Assembly: GCA_029571005.1 (NCBI GenBank)
Contig: JAKPTG010000115.1
Coordinates: 1-62,530, forward strand
From: Candidatus Fermentibacterota bacterium
Lineage (GTDB): Bacteria; Fermentibacterota; Fermentibacteria; Fermentibacterales; JCC-6
Direction: 5' to 3'
Length of the DNA: 62,530 nucleotides
The translations under genes and the position numbers were made by a program. The notes under the pieces were generated by a model. It made no database searches and was not told the origin of the DNA. It saw only the letters and a program-made list of their open reading frames with translations. Below are positions 10,185-19,968 of the stretch, one piece after another. Position 1 is the stretch's first letter, and the number at the start of each line of letters is the position of its first letter.

Positions 10185-11403
10185 TTTCGCCACCATTCCC
10201 GAGACCCTGGAGGTGCTCCGGAACGGCGGAATGGTGATAGTGGTGGACGACGAGGACCGGGAGAACGAGGGCGACCTGCTGATAGCCGCCTCCCGGTGCG
10301 ACACCGCCGCCGTGAACTTCATGGCCCGGCACGCCCGGGGGCTCATCTGCCTCGCCATGGAGAGGGAAGCCCTGGACAGGCTCGACATCAGGGAGATGTG
10401 CTCCAGGAACACGTCTCTGCACGAAACCGCCTTCACCGTGAGCATAGACGCCGCCCGGGGAACCACCACGGGGATAAGCGCCGCCGACAGGGCCAGGACC
10501 ATCGCGGTGGCGATAGACCCGGACTCCCGGCCGGACGACCTGGCCAGGCCGGGGCATATCTTTCCCCTGGCGGCCCGGGAGGGCGGTGTGCTTACCAGGG
10601 TGGGGCATACCGAGGCGGCGGTGGACCTGGCCAGGCTGGCGGGGCTCCGCCCGGCCGGGGTCATCTGCGAGGTGATGAACGACGACGGCACCATGGCCCG
10701 GCTGCCGCAGCTCAGGGAATTCGCCGCCCTTCACGGGTTGCTGATCACCTCCGTGGCGGAGCTGGTGAACCACCGCCGGAGAACCGAGGTGCTGGTGGAG
10801 CTGCAGGCCGAGGCGGACCTGCCGACGGATTTCGGTGTTTTCCGGATGATGGTTTTCAGGAGCAAGGTGGACGGGAGCACCCACGTGGCCCTGGTCAAGG
10901 GGGATGTGAGGGGCAGGGATAACGTGCTGGTCAGGGTTCATTCCCAGTGTCTCACCGGGGATGTGTTCGCCAGCAGGCGCTGCGACTGCGGGTCTCAGCT
11001 TCACTCCGCAATGCGGAGGATATCCGGGGAGGGGCTGGGGGTGGTGCTCTACATGGCGCAGGAGGGAAGGGGGATAGGGCTGGCCAACAAGATCCGGGCC
11101 TACCATCTGCAGGATCACGGCCTGGACACCGTGGAGGCCAACGAGAAGCTGGGTTTCCCCCCGGACCTCAGGGAGTACGGGATGGGCGCCCAGATCCTCT
11201 CCCGGCTGGGGCTTCGCACCATCCGGCTGCTCACTAACAATCCCAAGAAGATAGTGGGGCTCTCCGGGTACGGTCTGACGGTGACCGAGAGGGTGGGTCT
11301 CGAGATTCTCCCAACCAAGGAAAACAGGTTTTACCTCGCCACCAAGAAGAAGAAGATGGGCCACATCCTGAAGGGAGTCGGGGAAGATGGCACGGGTTCA
11401 TGA
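10171..11403 (+). CDS. ribBA: Bifunctional DHBP synthase / GTP cyclohydrolase II
   Basis: [13 protein letters not shown] (RibB part) and [23 protein letters not shown] (RibA part). TTG start. Confidence 0.93.
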   Translation: MSSSDFATIPETLEVLRNGGMVIVVDDEDRENEGDLLIAASRCDTAAVNFMARHARGLICLAMEREALDRLDIREMCSRNTSLHETAFTVSIDAARGTTTGISAADRARTIAVAIDPDSRPDDLARPGHIFPLAAREGGVLTRVGHTEAAVDLARLAGLRPAGVICEVMNDDGTMARLPQLREFAALHGLLITSVAELVNHRRRTEVLVELQAEADLPTDFGVFRMMVFRSKVDGSTHVALVKGDVRGRDNVLVRVHSQCLTGDVFASRRCDCGSQLHSAMRRISGEGLGVVLYMAQEGRGIGLANKIRAYHLQDHGLDTVEANEKLGFPPDLREYGMGAQILSRLGLRTIRLLTNNPKKIVGLSGYGLTVTERVGLEILPTKENRFYLATKKKKMGHILKGVGEDGTGS

Positions 11404-11890
11404 GGGAAAGCTGGACGGAAAGGGCCTGAAGGCGGCCCTTGTGGTGTCCAGGTTCAACAGTTTCATCACCTCGAAACTTCTTGAAGGCGCCGCCGACTGC
11501 CTGCTTCGACACGGCGTGAAGGACGAGGACATGGATGTATTCATGGTTCCGGGCGCATGGGAGATCCCCGCCACGGCGGCCGGGCTGGCCGGTTCCGGGG
11601 GGTTTGATCTCGTGATATGCCTCGGGGCCGTCATCCGCGGGGAGACGCCCCATTTCGACCAGGTGGCCGGGGAAACCGCCCGGGGGATCGGGCGCGTGGG
11701 GATGGAAGCGAAGGTACCGGTGATTTACGGCATCGTGACCGCGGACACGGTGGAGCAGGCGGTTGACAGGGCCGGGGCCAAGGGCGGCAACAGGGGCTTC
11801 GACGCGGCCATGACCGGCCTGGAGATGGTGAGCCTGTACAGAAAGATCGCGGGTCTCGGGAAACAGGCCTCCGGAAAAGGGAAACCCTGA
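11387..11890 (+). CDS. ribH: 6,7-dimethyl-8-ribityllumazine synthase
   Basis: VVSRFN...VPGAWEIP...[12 protein letters not shown] motifs. Overlaps ribBA by 17 nt. Confidence 0.93.
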   Translation: MARVHEGKLDGKGLKAALVVSRFNSFITSKLLEGAADCLLRHGVKDEDMDVFMVPGAWEIPATAAGLAGSGGFDLVICLGAVIRGETPHFDQVAGETARGIGRVGMEAKVPVIYGIVTADTVEQAVDRAGAKGGNRGFDAAMTGLEMVSLYRKIAGLGKQASGKGKP

Positions 11891-11893
11891 CCG

Positions 11894-12358
11894 GTGGGAG
11901 TGCGGGCCAAGGCCAGGAAGTTCCTGCTGCAGTGCCGATACGCCGCCGACCTGAGCGGCTCGAGCGTTCCGGCCTGCATGGAAGACCTGGGCTTTTCCAC
12001 CCTTTTTGATCCGGAAACCAGGGCGCTGATCCGGGGCGTGGCGGAAGCCTGCGAGGAAAACCGGGCCGGGATATCCGAATTGGTGGGTGGAGCCCTGACC
12101 AACTGGTCTCCGGACCGGCTTTTCCCCATCACCCGGCTTCTGCTGGAACAGTCGGTGGCGGAGGCCCGCTTTCTGGGGACCCCGGCTCCGGTGGTCATCC
12201 GGGAGGCGGTGCGGATAGCCGAGGAGTTCGACCAGCCCGGCTCGGGAGCCTTCATCAACGGTGTTCTCCACAGGATTCTCGTGGACGGTGAAGACCGCCG
12301 GGCCCCGGACGGGGATGCCCGGCGACGTTCAGGGCGGACCCCACGGCGCCGGAGATGA
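11894..12358 (+). CDS. nusB: Transcription antitermination factor NusB
   Basis: GTG start 3 nt after ribH. ARKFLLQ...W..DRL..I.R.LL...AE and FINGVL patterns; the ribH-nusB order is conserved. Confidence 0.83.
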   Translation: MGVRAKARKFLLQCRYAADLSGSSVPACMEDLGFSTLFDPETRALIRGVAEACEENRAGISELVGGALTNWSPDRLFPITRLLLEQSVAEARFLGTPAPVVIREAVRIAEEFDQPGSGAFINGVLHRILVDGEDRRAPDGDARRRSGRTPRRRR

Positions 12359-12379
12359 CGCCGGGGCCCCGCCCGGGGG

Positions 12380-13528
12380 TCAGCGGGGCGGGTCTTCCCG
12401 GTTTTCGGGCTGAGAAGCCCTTCCCCGGGACCTGACGGTTCTCTCCATGATTTCGAGCATCGCGGCCCCGGTGGCGTCCCAGTCGAACCGTGCCCCCCAT
12501 TCCAGGGCGCCGGCCGAAAGGGCCGGCCTCAGCCCCGGCTCCACGATCATCCTCTCCATGGCGTCCGCCAGCTCCTCCGGGTTTCCGTGGGGCACCAACA
12601 GCCCCGTCTCCCCGTGCCGGACCGAGTCGCTCAGCCCGTCGGACCGGCTGGCGATCACCGGTGTCCCGCAGCAGTTGGCCTCGATGACCGTGAGCCCCCA
12701 ACCCTCCTTTTCCGATGGAAACACGGCGGCACAGCAGTTTCTCAGACAGAACAGCTTTCTATCCAGGGGAACGAACCCCTCGAAGTCAACCAGGTCTTCC
12801 AGCCCGAGGCGCCTGCACAGTTTTTTCAGGTCGGCTGCGTAATCACCGTCGCCGAGCACCGTCAGCCGCACGTCCGTCCGGCGCTCCCTGAGGATGGCCA
12901 GCGCCCTGAGGGCGTGCTGTACACCCTTGTATTTCCTGAGCCTGCCCAGGTAAACGAACCTGCCCATGTCCACCGGAACCTGGGGGTCCGGCCGGTAAAC
13001 CTTGGTTTCCATTCCGCAGGGGACCACCTCCACGCTTTCCCCGGGTACGCCCCTCCTCACCAGATCCCTCCTGGTGCTCTCGCTGATGGCCACGAAGGGG
13101 CATCCGCGGTAAATCCGGGGGATGAGCGACTCGAGGAGGTTCACGTAGGCCGCCTTCACCGGGCCCACCTCCCGGTAGGCGGTGGTGCCGAAGAGGTGGG
13201 GGACCACCGCCAGCACCGGGACGTCCGACCAGAGGGGGGTGAACACCGGCACCTTGCAGATGTCCTCCAGAATCAGGTCGAAGGTGTCCAGGCCGAGCCC
13301 CTTGCAGTACCTCCCCACCGAAAGGTTGAAGGAGTACCAGGAACCGTTCCGCCGCACCTCCACGCCGTCCATGTCCTCCACCTCCGGAAGACCCTCCACC
13401 CCGTGGGACACCTGAACCACCCGGTGACCCGCGGCGGCGGCCCTGGTGAGGATATGGTGGAGGTGGATCTCGGCGCCCCCCGCCTCGGGGTTGCCCGGGT
13501 CCCTCCAGTTCACCGCCAGTATCTTCAT
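12380..13528 (-). CDS. Glycosyltransferase family 4 (GT-B)
   Basis: Internal ATG (MKILAVNW...) of the 736-aa track ORF. EKEGWGLTVIEANCCGTPVIAS is the E-x7-E motif. The start overlaps the upstream methyltransferase stop (ATGA). Confidence 0.85.
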   Translation of the reverse strand: MKILAVNWRDPGNPEAGGAEIHLHHILTRAAAAGHRVVQVSHGVEGLPEVEDMDGVEVRRNGSWYSFNLSVGRYCKGLGLDTFDLILEDICKVPVFTPLWSDVPVLAVVPHLFGTTAYREVGPVKAAYVNLLESLIPRIYRGCPFVAISESTRRDLVRRGVPGESVEVVPCGMETKVYRPDPQVPVDMGRFVYLGRLRKYKGVQHALRALAILRERRTDVRLTVLGDGDYAADLKKLCRRLGLEDLVDFEGFVPLDRKLFCLRNCCAAVFPSEKEGWGLTVIEANCCGTPVIASRSDGLSDSVRHGETGLLVPHGNPEELADAMERMIVEPGLRPALSAGALEWGARFDWDATGAAMLEIMERTVRSRGRASQPENREDPPR

Positions 13529-14289
13529 TCTCCGGGCTTCCTGGCGAACACGCCTATGACCGCCCCGGTCGCCGGACCCATGAAGCTGCCCTCGAGGGCC
13601 GACCTCACGGAAGCCCTGATGCGGTGTATCCCCGGTATCAGCACCGGTCGCATGGGAAGCCGGACCCCGAGCCTCAGAAATACCTCCCGGAGGAGCCGGT
13701 AGCCCAGGGAAGGGTGGAAATAACGGGCGTACACCCCTGTGGGAGCGAGCCCATGACTCCTCAGATGGGCCCGGAGCCCTCCGACGGTGAACTGGGTCTC
13801 CCAGCCGGCGAACCACGCTCCGCAGGCGATCAAGGCCTTTTTCAGAAGGGTGTAGGGATGGAAGGTCTGGGGAACGTCCACCAGGAGCAGGCCCCCGGGA
13901 GCCAGCACCCTGGTGCATTCCCGGGTCAGGGGGGCGGGGTCTCTGAAGTGTTCCAGCACCCCCTGGTGGAATACCAGGCCGAAGACGCCCTCCCTGAAGG
14001 GCATGGCCAGGCCGTCCCCGCATACCAGCAGCACGCCGCCCCCCGCCTCGGATGCCCTGGCGAGGGCCTTGGGGGAGTAGTCCATCGCCACCGCCACCGC
14101 TCCCTCCTCCGCCAGGGCGGCGCTGTCCCGGGCGGTGGCGGCCCCCACCTCGAGAGTCAGAACCCCGTCGGGCCTGAACCTGCGGATCACCTCCCGCCGG
14201 ATTCTGTCGTCGTTGTCGTATATCTCGTCCAGTTTCCTGGGCCTGCTCCAGAAACGGTTCCAGTGCTCCTTGCCGGATACGGCGGTCAA
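13525..14289 (-). CDS. Class I SAM-dependent methyltransferase
   Basis: 254 aa with TTG start and RBS GAAGGGAGG. VLTLEVGAATARD (motif I-like), DGLAMPF and VLAPGGLLLV are typical Methyltransf_11/25 patterns. Confidence 0.78.
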   Translation of the reverse strand: MTAVSGKEHWNRFWSRPRKLDEIYDNDDRIRREVIRRFRPDGVLTLEVGAATARDSAALAEEGAVAVAMDYSPKALARASEAGGGVLLVCGDGLAMPFREGVFGLVFHQGVLEHFRDPAPLTRECTRVLAPGGLLLVDVPQTFHPYTLLKKALIACGAWFAGWETQFTVGGLRAHLRSHGLAPTGVYARYFHPSLGYRLLREVFLRLGVRLPMRPVLIPGIHRIRASVRSALEGSFMGPATGAVIGVFARKPGE

Positions 14290-14562
14290 CGGGCCTCCCT
14301 TCGCTCACCGGGAATCTACCAACGCCGCCGCCGTCCCCCAAGACCTGCCGGCTGGTCTTTCCGTACCCGCCACCGGGTTGAGGCGTTCGACCGGCGGCTC
14401 GGGAAAGCCCTCGACGACAGGGCTTCTGGAAGCACAACAGAGGAGCGGGGCATGCCCGGCTCCCATGAACCGGAGCCCCCGGAAACCCGGGCATAGCCCG
14501 GGCAACACGCCTGACGGGGAACGGCGTTCGGTTCGCCCTTCGCCTCGCAGGTATCCGCAGCG

Positions 14563-14590
14563 TTGACAACCCGGAGTGTATTTTTATCAT
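14563..14590 (+). promoter_or_regulatory. Sigma70-like promoter upstream of the GNAT gene
   Basis: TTGACA (14563-68), 16 nt spacer, TATCAT (14585-90). Confidence 0.5.
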
Positions 14591-14642
14591 ACCCTGACTT
14601 TACGCTTACCTGAGGGTGAACACGGGAAGCCATCGCAGAAGC

Positions 14643-15116
14643 ATGAAGGTTTACATCAGGCGCATCACCGGCGGGGATCTGGCCAATCTTCGTACCTGGA
14701 GCGAAGCCATCGGCTCCGGGGACTACATGGACAAGGTAAGCCCCCAGTTCTTCGACGGCTCGGATCTTTCGGGCTGGGGCGACGATTACATCTGGTACGT
14801 CATCAATGCCGACGGGCGGGATGTGGGGGGGGTCTGGGTGGAACGCCGCCGGAAGGGCTCTCCGGAGGGCATCCTTGGAATCATCATCGGCGATCCCGGG
14901 ATGTTTGGGCTGGGAATCGGCCGCCGCGCCATAGACCTGGCCGCCCGTGAGGCCCGTTTCGTCATGGGAATAGACCGTATGCGCCTCACCGTGCGGGCGT
15001 CCAACGTCAGGGCCATCCGGGCGTACCGGAGCTGCGGGTTCACGGTGACGGGGTCGGGCATCGCCAGCCTGGCCGACGGCACCAGGGTTCCGTTCTGCCG
15101 CATGGAGTTCAACTGA
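14643..15116 (+). CDS. GNAT family N-acetyltransferase
   Basis: MKVYIRRI...GLGIGRRAIDLAAREA...RAIRAYRSCGF matches the acetyl-CoA binding motif A. GTG at 14616 is an alternative start. Confidence 0.75.
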   Translation: MKVYIRRITGGDLANLRTWSEAIGSGDYMDKVSPQFFDGSDLSGWGDDYIWYVINADGRDVGGVWVERRRKGSPEGILGIIIGDPGMFGLGIGRRAIDLAAREARFVMGIDRMRLTVRASNVRAIRAYRSCGFTVTGSGIASLADGTRVPFCRMEFN

Positions 15117-15427
15117 TCCCCTGACACTCCCGCCGGCCGCCGGTGGGTCGTGCTTCCCATCCCGTCCCCCGCGGGGTTTCCCCGTGGAGCCCGGCGGTGG
15201 CTGCCGGCCGGTGCGGGGGTGGGCCTGCCCTGTCTCCGGGGCCTCTTTGTCCCGGCGCCCGCCGGTGAAGGGCCGCTTCCGCGGGGGCGGACCGTCCTCA
15301 TCGAGTTCACGGAGCCCTTGGGTGGAGGCGCGGGTTTCGTTATGCTGGAGAATCCGGCCGGGGCGGCGGATATCCGGGATTGCGTATTCTTGGCCCGGCG
15401 ATAACACGGTTGAGAACGGAGGTACTC

Positions 15428-17812
15428 ATGTCCGTGAAACCCCTGAAGCCCTCGGAGTTGAGATGGAGGTGCAGACCATCGAGATTCAGGTTCGGGAACA
15501 GCGGGGAGCTGAAACCCACCGACAGGATCGTCGGCCAGGAGAGGGCGGTGGGAGCCGTGCACCTGGGCCTCGAGATTTCCGGTTCAGGTTACAACATGTT
15601 CATCACCGGCGTTCCGGGAAGCGGCCGTGAAACCACCGTCAAGCGGATACTGGACAAGATAGACATCAATTCCGATTCCCTGCAGGACATCTGCTACGCC
15701 TGCAACTTTGAAGACGCCGCCAAGCCCAGGGTTCTCATAATGCCCGCCGGTTGCGGCAGGAAGCTGAAACAGGGCATCGAGAACTGTGTGGAACTCCTGA
15801 AGAGGAATATTCCCGCGGTGCTCCAGAGCGAGCGCACCGCCGGGGAGAGGGGCCGGTTGCTGCGGAGCTTCTCCGAGAAGAAGGAGGAGCTGATGAAGGC
15901 CGTCACCAGGGAAGCCCAGAATGCCGGTTTCGCCCTGGTGAGCATCCCCGTGGGTCCGGGCCAGGTGCGGCCCGATGTGCTTCCGGTGATAGACAACAAG
16001 CCCGCCACCCATGAGCAGCTCAGGGAAATGGTTTCCTCCGGGGCGATGACCGAAGAGAAACTGGCCGAGATCAGGGACAGCCACGACAAGCTCTTCCAGA
16101 AACTCAGCGAGGCGCTCCGGAGGAGCCACGACATAGATATGAAGGCCAAGAACGCACTGGATGAGCTGATGACCGAGATGGTGCGATCCACGGTTGTGGG
16201 GATCACCGACCAGTTGAAGCACATCGGGGGGGGGAAATCCCTGGAGGAGTATGCCGACGGCATGGCCTCCACCATCCTCGAGAACCTGGAGGCCTTTTCC
16301 GGCGCCGATTCCGACAGTGACCCCTACCATGTCTTCCGGGTGAATCTCCTTGTGGACAACTCCGGCAGGAAGACCAAACCGGTGGTGGTGGAAAACTTTC
16401 CCGATCCCGCGAGCCTTTTCGGCACCATTGACAGGATCATGGTGGAGAACAGACCCTACAGCGATCACACCATGATAAGCGCCGGCTCCTACCTGAAGGC
16501 GAACGGCGGATTCCTGATCCTGGACGCCATGGATGTGGTGCGGTACCCGGGTCTCTGGCAGAGCCTGTCCCAGACCCTGAAGAACCAGACCGTGGTCATA
16601 AGGGCCAACGACATGATGAGGCTTTTCGGGGCGGTGGAGTTACAGCCCGAGCCGATCCGGGTTAATGTGAAGGTGATAATGATCGGCCCCGCATGGCTCT
16701 ACACGCTTCTGGCGGGCAGCGACCCCGAGTTCGGGCTGCTCTTCCGGATCCGCGCCGACTTCGACGACAGCATGAAACTCACCGGCGCCAACCTGAAGGA
16801 CTTCTCCAGGGTGATCGCCTACATCACCGGCAACGAGAAACTGGCTCCCCTGGACCCGTCGGGCATGGCAATGGTTTGCGAGCAGGCCGTCAGGATCACC
16901 GGCAGGCACGACAGGCTCAGCCTGAAATTCAACCTTATCGCGGACTACGTCCGGCAGGCGGCGTACTGGGCGTCCAGAAGCGGCAGGAACGTGATTGCCG
17001 GGGAGGATGTGCAAAAGGCCATATTCGAGAAGCAGCGCCGGCTGAGCCTCGCTGCGGACCATGCGCTGCAGGACGTGCTCGACGGGCAGGTGCTGGTGGA
17101 CACCGACGGGGTCCGGACGGGTGTGGTGAACGGGCTGGCGGTGTACCGGGGGGCCGACTACTCCTTCGGGCTTCCCGCCAGGATAACGGTCAGCGTGACC
17201 CCGGGCAGGGAAGGGCTGGTGAACGTGGAGAGGGAATCGGACATGTCCGGCCCCACCCATACCAAGGGGGTGGAGGTGATCTCCGGCTACCTCAGGAACA
17301 CCTTCGCCCGGGACTACCCCCTCAGCCTGTCCGCCGGAATAGTCTTCGAGCAGAGCTACGGCGGCGTTGACGGCGACAGCGCCAGCTCCACGGAACTCTA
17401 CGCTCTACTGAGCGCCCTTTCCGGGGTTCCCCTGAGGCAGGACCTGGCGGTGACCGGGTCGGTGAACCAGTTCGGGGAGATTCAGCCCATCGGAGGGGTC
17501 AACGAGAAGATCGAGGGCTTTTTCCGGGTATGCCGGGAGCGGGGCCTCACCGGAACCCAGGGGGTGCTGATCCCCGCCTCCAACCGGGTTCATCTGCAAC
17601 TGGAACTGGAAGTCGTCGAGGCGGTCCGGAAGGGCCGTTTTCACATCTACCCGGTTTCCACCGTCAGTCAGGGCATCGAGTTGCTCACGGGCCGCCCCGC
17701 AGGGGAGGCGGCCCCCTCCGGCGCGTACCCGCCGGACTCGGTGCTGGGGCTCGCGGACCGGCGGCTTCGGACCATGGCGGAAACCCTGAGGAGCTTCAGT
17801 TGCGGCCGCTGA
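15428..17812 (+). CDS. Lon-like protease (LonB/LonC/YcbZ type) with degenerate P-loop and helical insertion
   Basis: The C-terminus FEQSYGGVDGDSASSTELYALLSAL...VTGSVNQFGEIQPIGGVNEKIEGF is an S16 Ser-Lys dyad domain. The N-terminus ITGVPGSGRET is Walker-A-like with R in place of K. ATG at 15428. Confidence 0.85.
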   Translation: MSVKPLKPSELRWRCRPSRFRFGNSGELKPTDRIVGQERAVGAVHLGLEISGSGYNMFITGVPGSGRETTVKRILDKIDINSDSLQDICYACNFEDAAKPRVLIMPAGCGRKLKQGIENCVELLKRNIPAVLQSERTAGERGRLLRSFSEKKEELMKAVTREAQNAGFALVSIPVGPGQVRPDVLPVIDNKPATHEQLREMVSSGAMTEEKLAEIRDSHDKLFQKLSEALRRSHDIDMKAKNALDELMTEMVRSTVVGITDQLKHIGGGKSLEEYADGMASTILENLEAFSGADSDSDPYHVFRVNLLVDNSGRKTKPVVVENFPDPASLFGTIDRIMVENRPYSDHTMISAGSYLKANGGFLILDAMDVVRYPGLWQSLSQTLKNQTVVIRANDMMRLFGAVELQPEPIRVNVKVIMIGPAWLYTLLAGSDPEFGLLFRIRADFDDSMKLTGANLKDFSRVIAYITGNEKLAPLDPSGMAMVCEQAVRITGRHDRLSLKFNLIADYVRQAAYWASRSGRNVIAGEDVQKAIFEKQRRLSLAADHALQDVLDGQVLVDTDGVRTGVVNGLAVYRGADYSFGLPARITVSVTPGREGLVNVERESDMSGPTHTKGVEVISGYLRNTFARDYPLSLSAGIVFEQSYGGVDGDSASSTELYALLSALSGVPLRQDLAVTGSVNQFGEIQPIGGVNEKIEGFFRVCRERGLTGTQGVLIPASNRVHLQLELEVVEAVRKGRFHIYPVSTVSQGIELLTGRPAGEAAPSGAYPPDSVLGLADRRLRTMAETLRSFSCGR

Positions 17813-18975
17813 AGGTATTCACCGCCAGTTGGGGCGAACTGGAGGCCGAAGGCTCCAACCTTGGCGACGGGGCCATCCTGGAGGCCCAGCTCCGGGACCT
17901 GAAGGAGATGGGTGCGGTTTCGGGGCTTATGGCCGCGGACCCGCAGCGTTGCGCACGGCTTCACGCCGGCGTGAGATGCTTCGACACCCGGCGGGGCAGG
18001 GTCCGGGCCATGGCGGCGGGGGTGCGCTGGAGCGATGCGGTGATAGTCGGCGGGGGCGAGCTTCTTCAGGACCGGTCCAGCCGCCTCTACAGCCCCTTCA
18101 ACCTCATTCCCCTGTACCTTGCCCGGCTCTTCGGCCGCCGGAGTTTCTGCTGGGCCGTGGGGATCGGGGGGCCGGGGGAGCTTTCCCGGACGACGGCCGC
18201 CATGGCCCGGGGGATACTGGGACGTTGCGCCGGAATAACCGCCCGGGACCCCTCCACCTTCGACACCCTTGTCGGCTGGGGGCTGGGGCCCCCCAAGGTG
18301 ATTACCGCGGCGGATACGGCCTTGTCCCTGTCCCGGGGGCGGTCTGCGGGCCCCGTGGGCTCGGACCTGCTTGGGGCCGCCCCAAGGAACGTCCTGAACA
18401 GGAAGGGGGCGCTGCTCCCCCTCGAGGTGAGAAGGAAGCTTCCGGGATACCGCCGGGATGACCCGTCACCGGCGGCTTCCCTCTGGGCCGGGCTCCTGGA
18501 CGGTCATCTGGAGAGCCGCGGCGGCGCTGTGCTCCTGTTTCCCTTCCACACCGGCTCCCTCTCCAACGACGACGGTGATTTCTGCGCCCTGGTGAGGGAA
18601 CGCATGGTGCATAGGGAAAGGGCGTCGGTGGCATCCTTCGAAACGGTGGACGAAGCCCTGGCCCTCCTTGCGGGTTGCCGGGTGGTGGTCACGACCCCGC
18701 TGCACGGGGCCATACTCTCGGTGGTGGCCGGGGCGCTGCCGGTGGCGGTGCCCTACTCGGGGAAGTGCGCAAGGTTCATGGACTCCGCCGGGCTTTCCGC
18801 CCTGTGTTCTCCGGGGTCCTCCGGGGTTCCCGGCCCGGAGACCCGGGAGATGCTGGACGACGCCTGGACCCGTTGCACACACTGGTGGGAGGGGCTCGGG
18901 GAAGCCAGGGCCGAGCTGACGGAACGGGCCGGACGCACCGCGGATCATTTCAGAGCCAGGCTGGGGCTTTGCTGA
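17800..18975 (+). CDS. Polysaccharide pyruvyl transferase family protein
   Basis: GSNLGDGAI, VIVGGGELLQD, ITARDPST and TTPLHGAILSVVAGALPVAVPYSGKC are PS_pyruv_trans-like. The TTG start overlapping the lon-like stop is inferred. Confidence 0.68.
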   Translation: MRPLKVFTASWGELEAEGSNLGDGAILEAQLRDLKEMGAVSGLMAADPQRCARLHAGVRCFDTRRGRVRAMAAGVRWSDAVIVGGGELLQDRSSRLYSPFNLIPLYLARLFGRRSFCWAVGIGGPGELSRTTAAMARGILGRCAGITARDPSTFDTLVGWGLGPPKVITAADTALSLSRGRSAGPVGSDLLGAAPRNVLNRKGALLPLEVRRKLPGYRRDDPSPAASLWAGLLDGHLESRGGAVLLFPFHTGSLSNDDGDFCALVRERMVHRERASVASFETVDEALALLAGCRVVVTTPLHGAILSVVAGALPVAVPYSGKCARFMDSAGLSALCSPGSSGVPGPETREMLDDAWTRCTHWWEGLGEARAELTERAGRTADHFRARLGLC

Positions 18976-19796
18976 CGGGTATCCACGCTTCCGCAGCGGG
19001 AGGCATGGGGGCCTGCGCCGCCAGGGTGGCCGCCATGGGTATCCGGGCGGCCCAGGTTTTTACCGCCAACCCCAGGAGGCACACCTCCGGGGTCCTGCCC
19101 GAAGGCGATGTGAAGTCCTTCCGGGAGCGTTCCGGCGGCGTGCTGTGGCTCGCCCACTGCTCGTACCTCATCAACCCGGCCTCCGGAAAACCGGAGATAT
19201 CGGAAAGGTCCCGGGCCTCCCTGAGGGCGGAGTTCGACAGGTGTTTCAGCCTCGGAATCGGACGGTGCGTTCTTCATCCGGGCTCCGCACCGGGGCCGGA
19301 CAGGAAGGGAGGCGTCCGCAGAGCCGTGGAAATGGTGGGAAGCCTGCTGGAGGAGAGCCCGGACGGTCCGGTTCTGCTTCTGGAGAACACCTCCGGAGCC
19401 GGCGGCAACCTGTGCGGCGATCTGGAGGAACTGCGGGGGATACTGGACATGATCGCCGTTCCCGGAAGGGTGGGAGCATGTCTCGACACCGCCCACGCCC
19501 ACGGGTACGGATACCTCCTGGACACCCCGGATCACGCCCTGGCGTTCTGCCGGGCCGTGGCCGGTCTTTTTGCGGGCTACCCCATCGCTTTTCACCTGAA
19601 CGACTCCGGAGCGGAGAGGGGGAGCCGCTCGGACCGGCACCGGGCTCCCGGGTGCGGAGCCGTGGGCATGGCTTCCCTGGCGGCGGTGGAATCCTTTGCA
19701 GCCTTCTCCGGTTCCCCGGGGGTGCTGGAAACGCCGGGGGATGACTCGGACAGGTTGAGTGACCTGCGCCGGCTCCTGGGGTTCCGGTGGAATTGA
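18969..19796 (+). CDS. nfo: Endonuclease IV (AP endonuclease)
   Basis: AHCSYLINPAS, LHPGS, LLENTSGAG, CLDTAHAHG and FHLNDS metal-ligand motifs. The TTG/CTG start near 18969-18972 is inferred. Confidence 0.8.
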   Translation: MLTGIHASAAGGMGACAARVAAMGIRAAQVFTANPRRHTSGVLPEGDVKSFRERSGGVLWLAHCSYLINPASGKPEISERSRASLRAEFDRCFSLGIGRCVLHPGSAPGPDRKGGVRRAVEMVGSLLEESPDGPVLLLENTSGAGGNLCGDLEELRGILDMIAVPGRVGACLDTAHAHGYGYLLDTPDHALAFCRAVAGLFAGYPIAFHLNDSGAERGSRSDRHRAPGCGAVGMASLAAVESFAAFSGSPGVLETPGDDSDRLSDLRRLLGFRWN

Positions 19797-19878
19797 CCCG
19801 TTGCGCGCCGGCTTCCGGGGGCGCCCTTTACCCCGCACCGCGGCGGTAAGGCCGGCCGGGCCCTGGGCGACGGCGGGC

Positions 19879-19907
19879 TTGACAAGCACGGGGGGAATAC
19901 ATAGAAA
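19879..19907 (+). promoter_or_regulatory. Candidate sigma70-like promoter of the 19969 gene
   Basis: TTGACA (19879-84), 17 nt spacer, TAGAAA (19902-07), in a locally AT-richer stretch. Confidence 0.4.
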
Positions 19908-19968
19908 TCGAATTATCCACAAAGGCGGTAGTGCCTTTGGTGAACAACCAACGTGAAAGGAAGATAAT

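Noticed and set aside
14290-14562. A structured ncRNA in the 270-nt GC-rich spacer between the methyltransferase and GNAT genes (several short hairpins such as CCCGGGC-ATA-GCCCGGG).
   Set aside because: Short GC hairpins are expected by chance at this base composition. I recognised no signature of SRP RNA, RNase P, tmRNA, 6S RNA or SAM riboswitches. An Infernal/Rfam scan would be needed.
12380-14590. 736-aa ORF read as one large glycosyltransferase.
   Set aside because: Only the C-terminal 382 aa (from ATG at 13528) look like a GT4 enzyme. The upstream half is R/G/P-rich, and its DNA is occupied in another frame by a credible SAM-methyltransferase gene whose stop overlaps that ATG.
14290-15116. 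A GNAT toxin-antitoxin module (TacT-like).
   Set aside because: There is no small RHH/DUF1778 antitoxin ORF adjacent to the GNAT gene, and its upstream region holds a standard promoter only.
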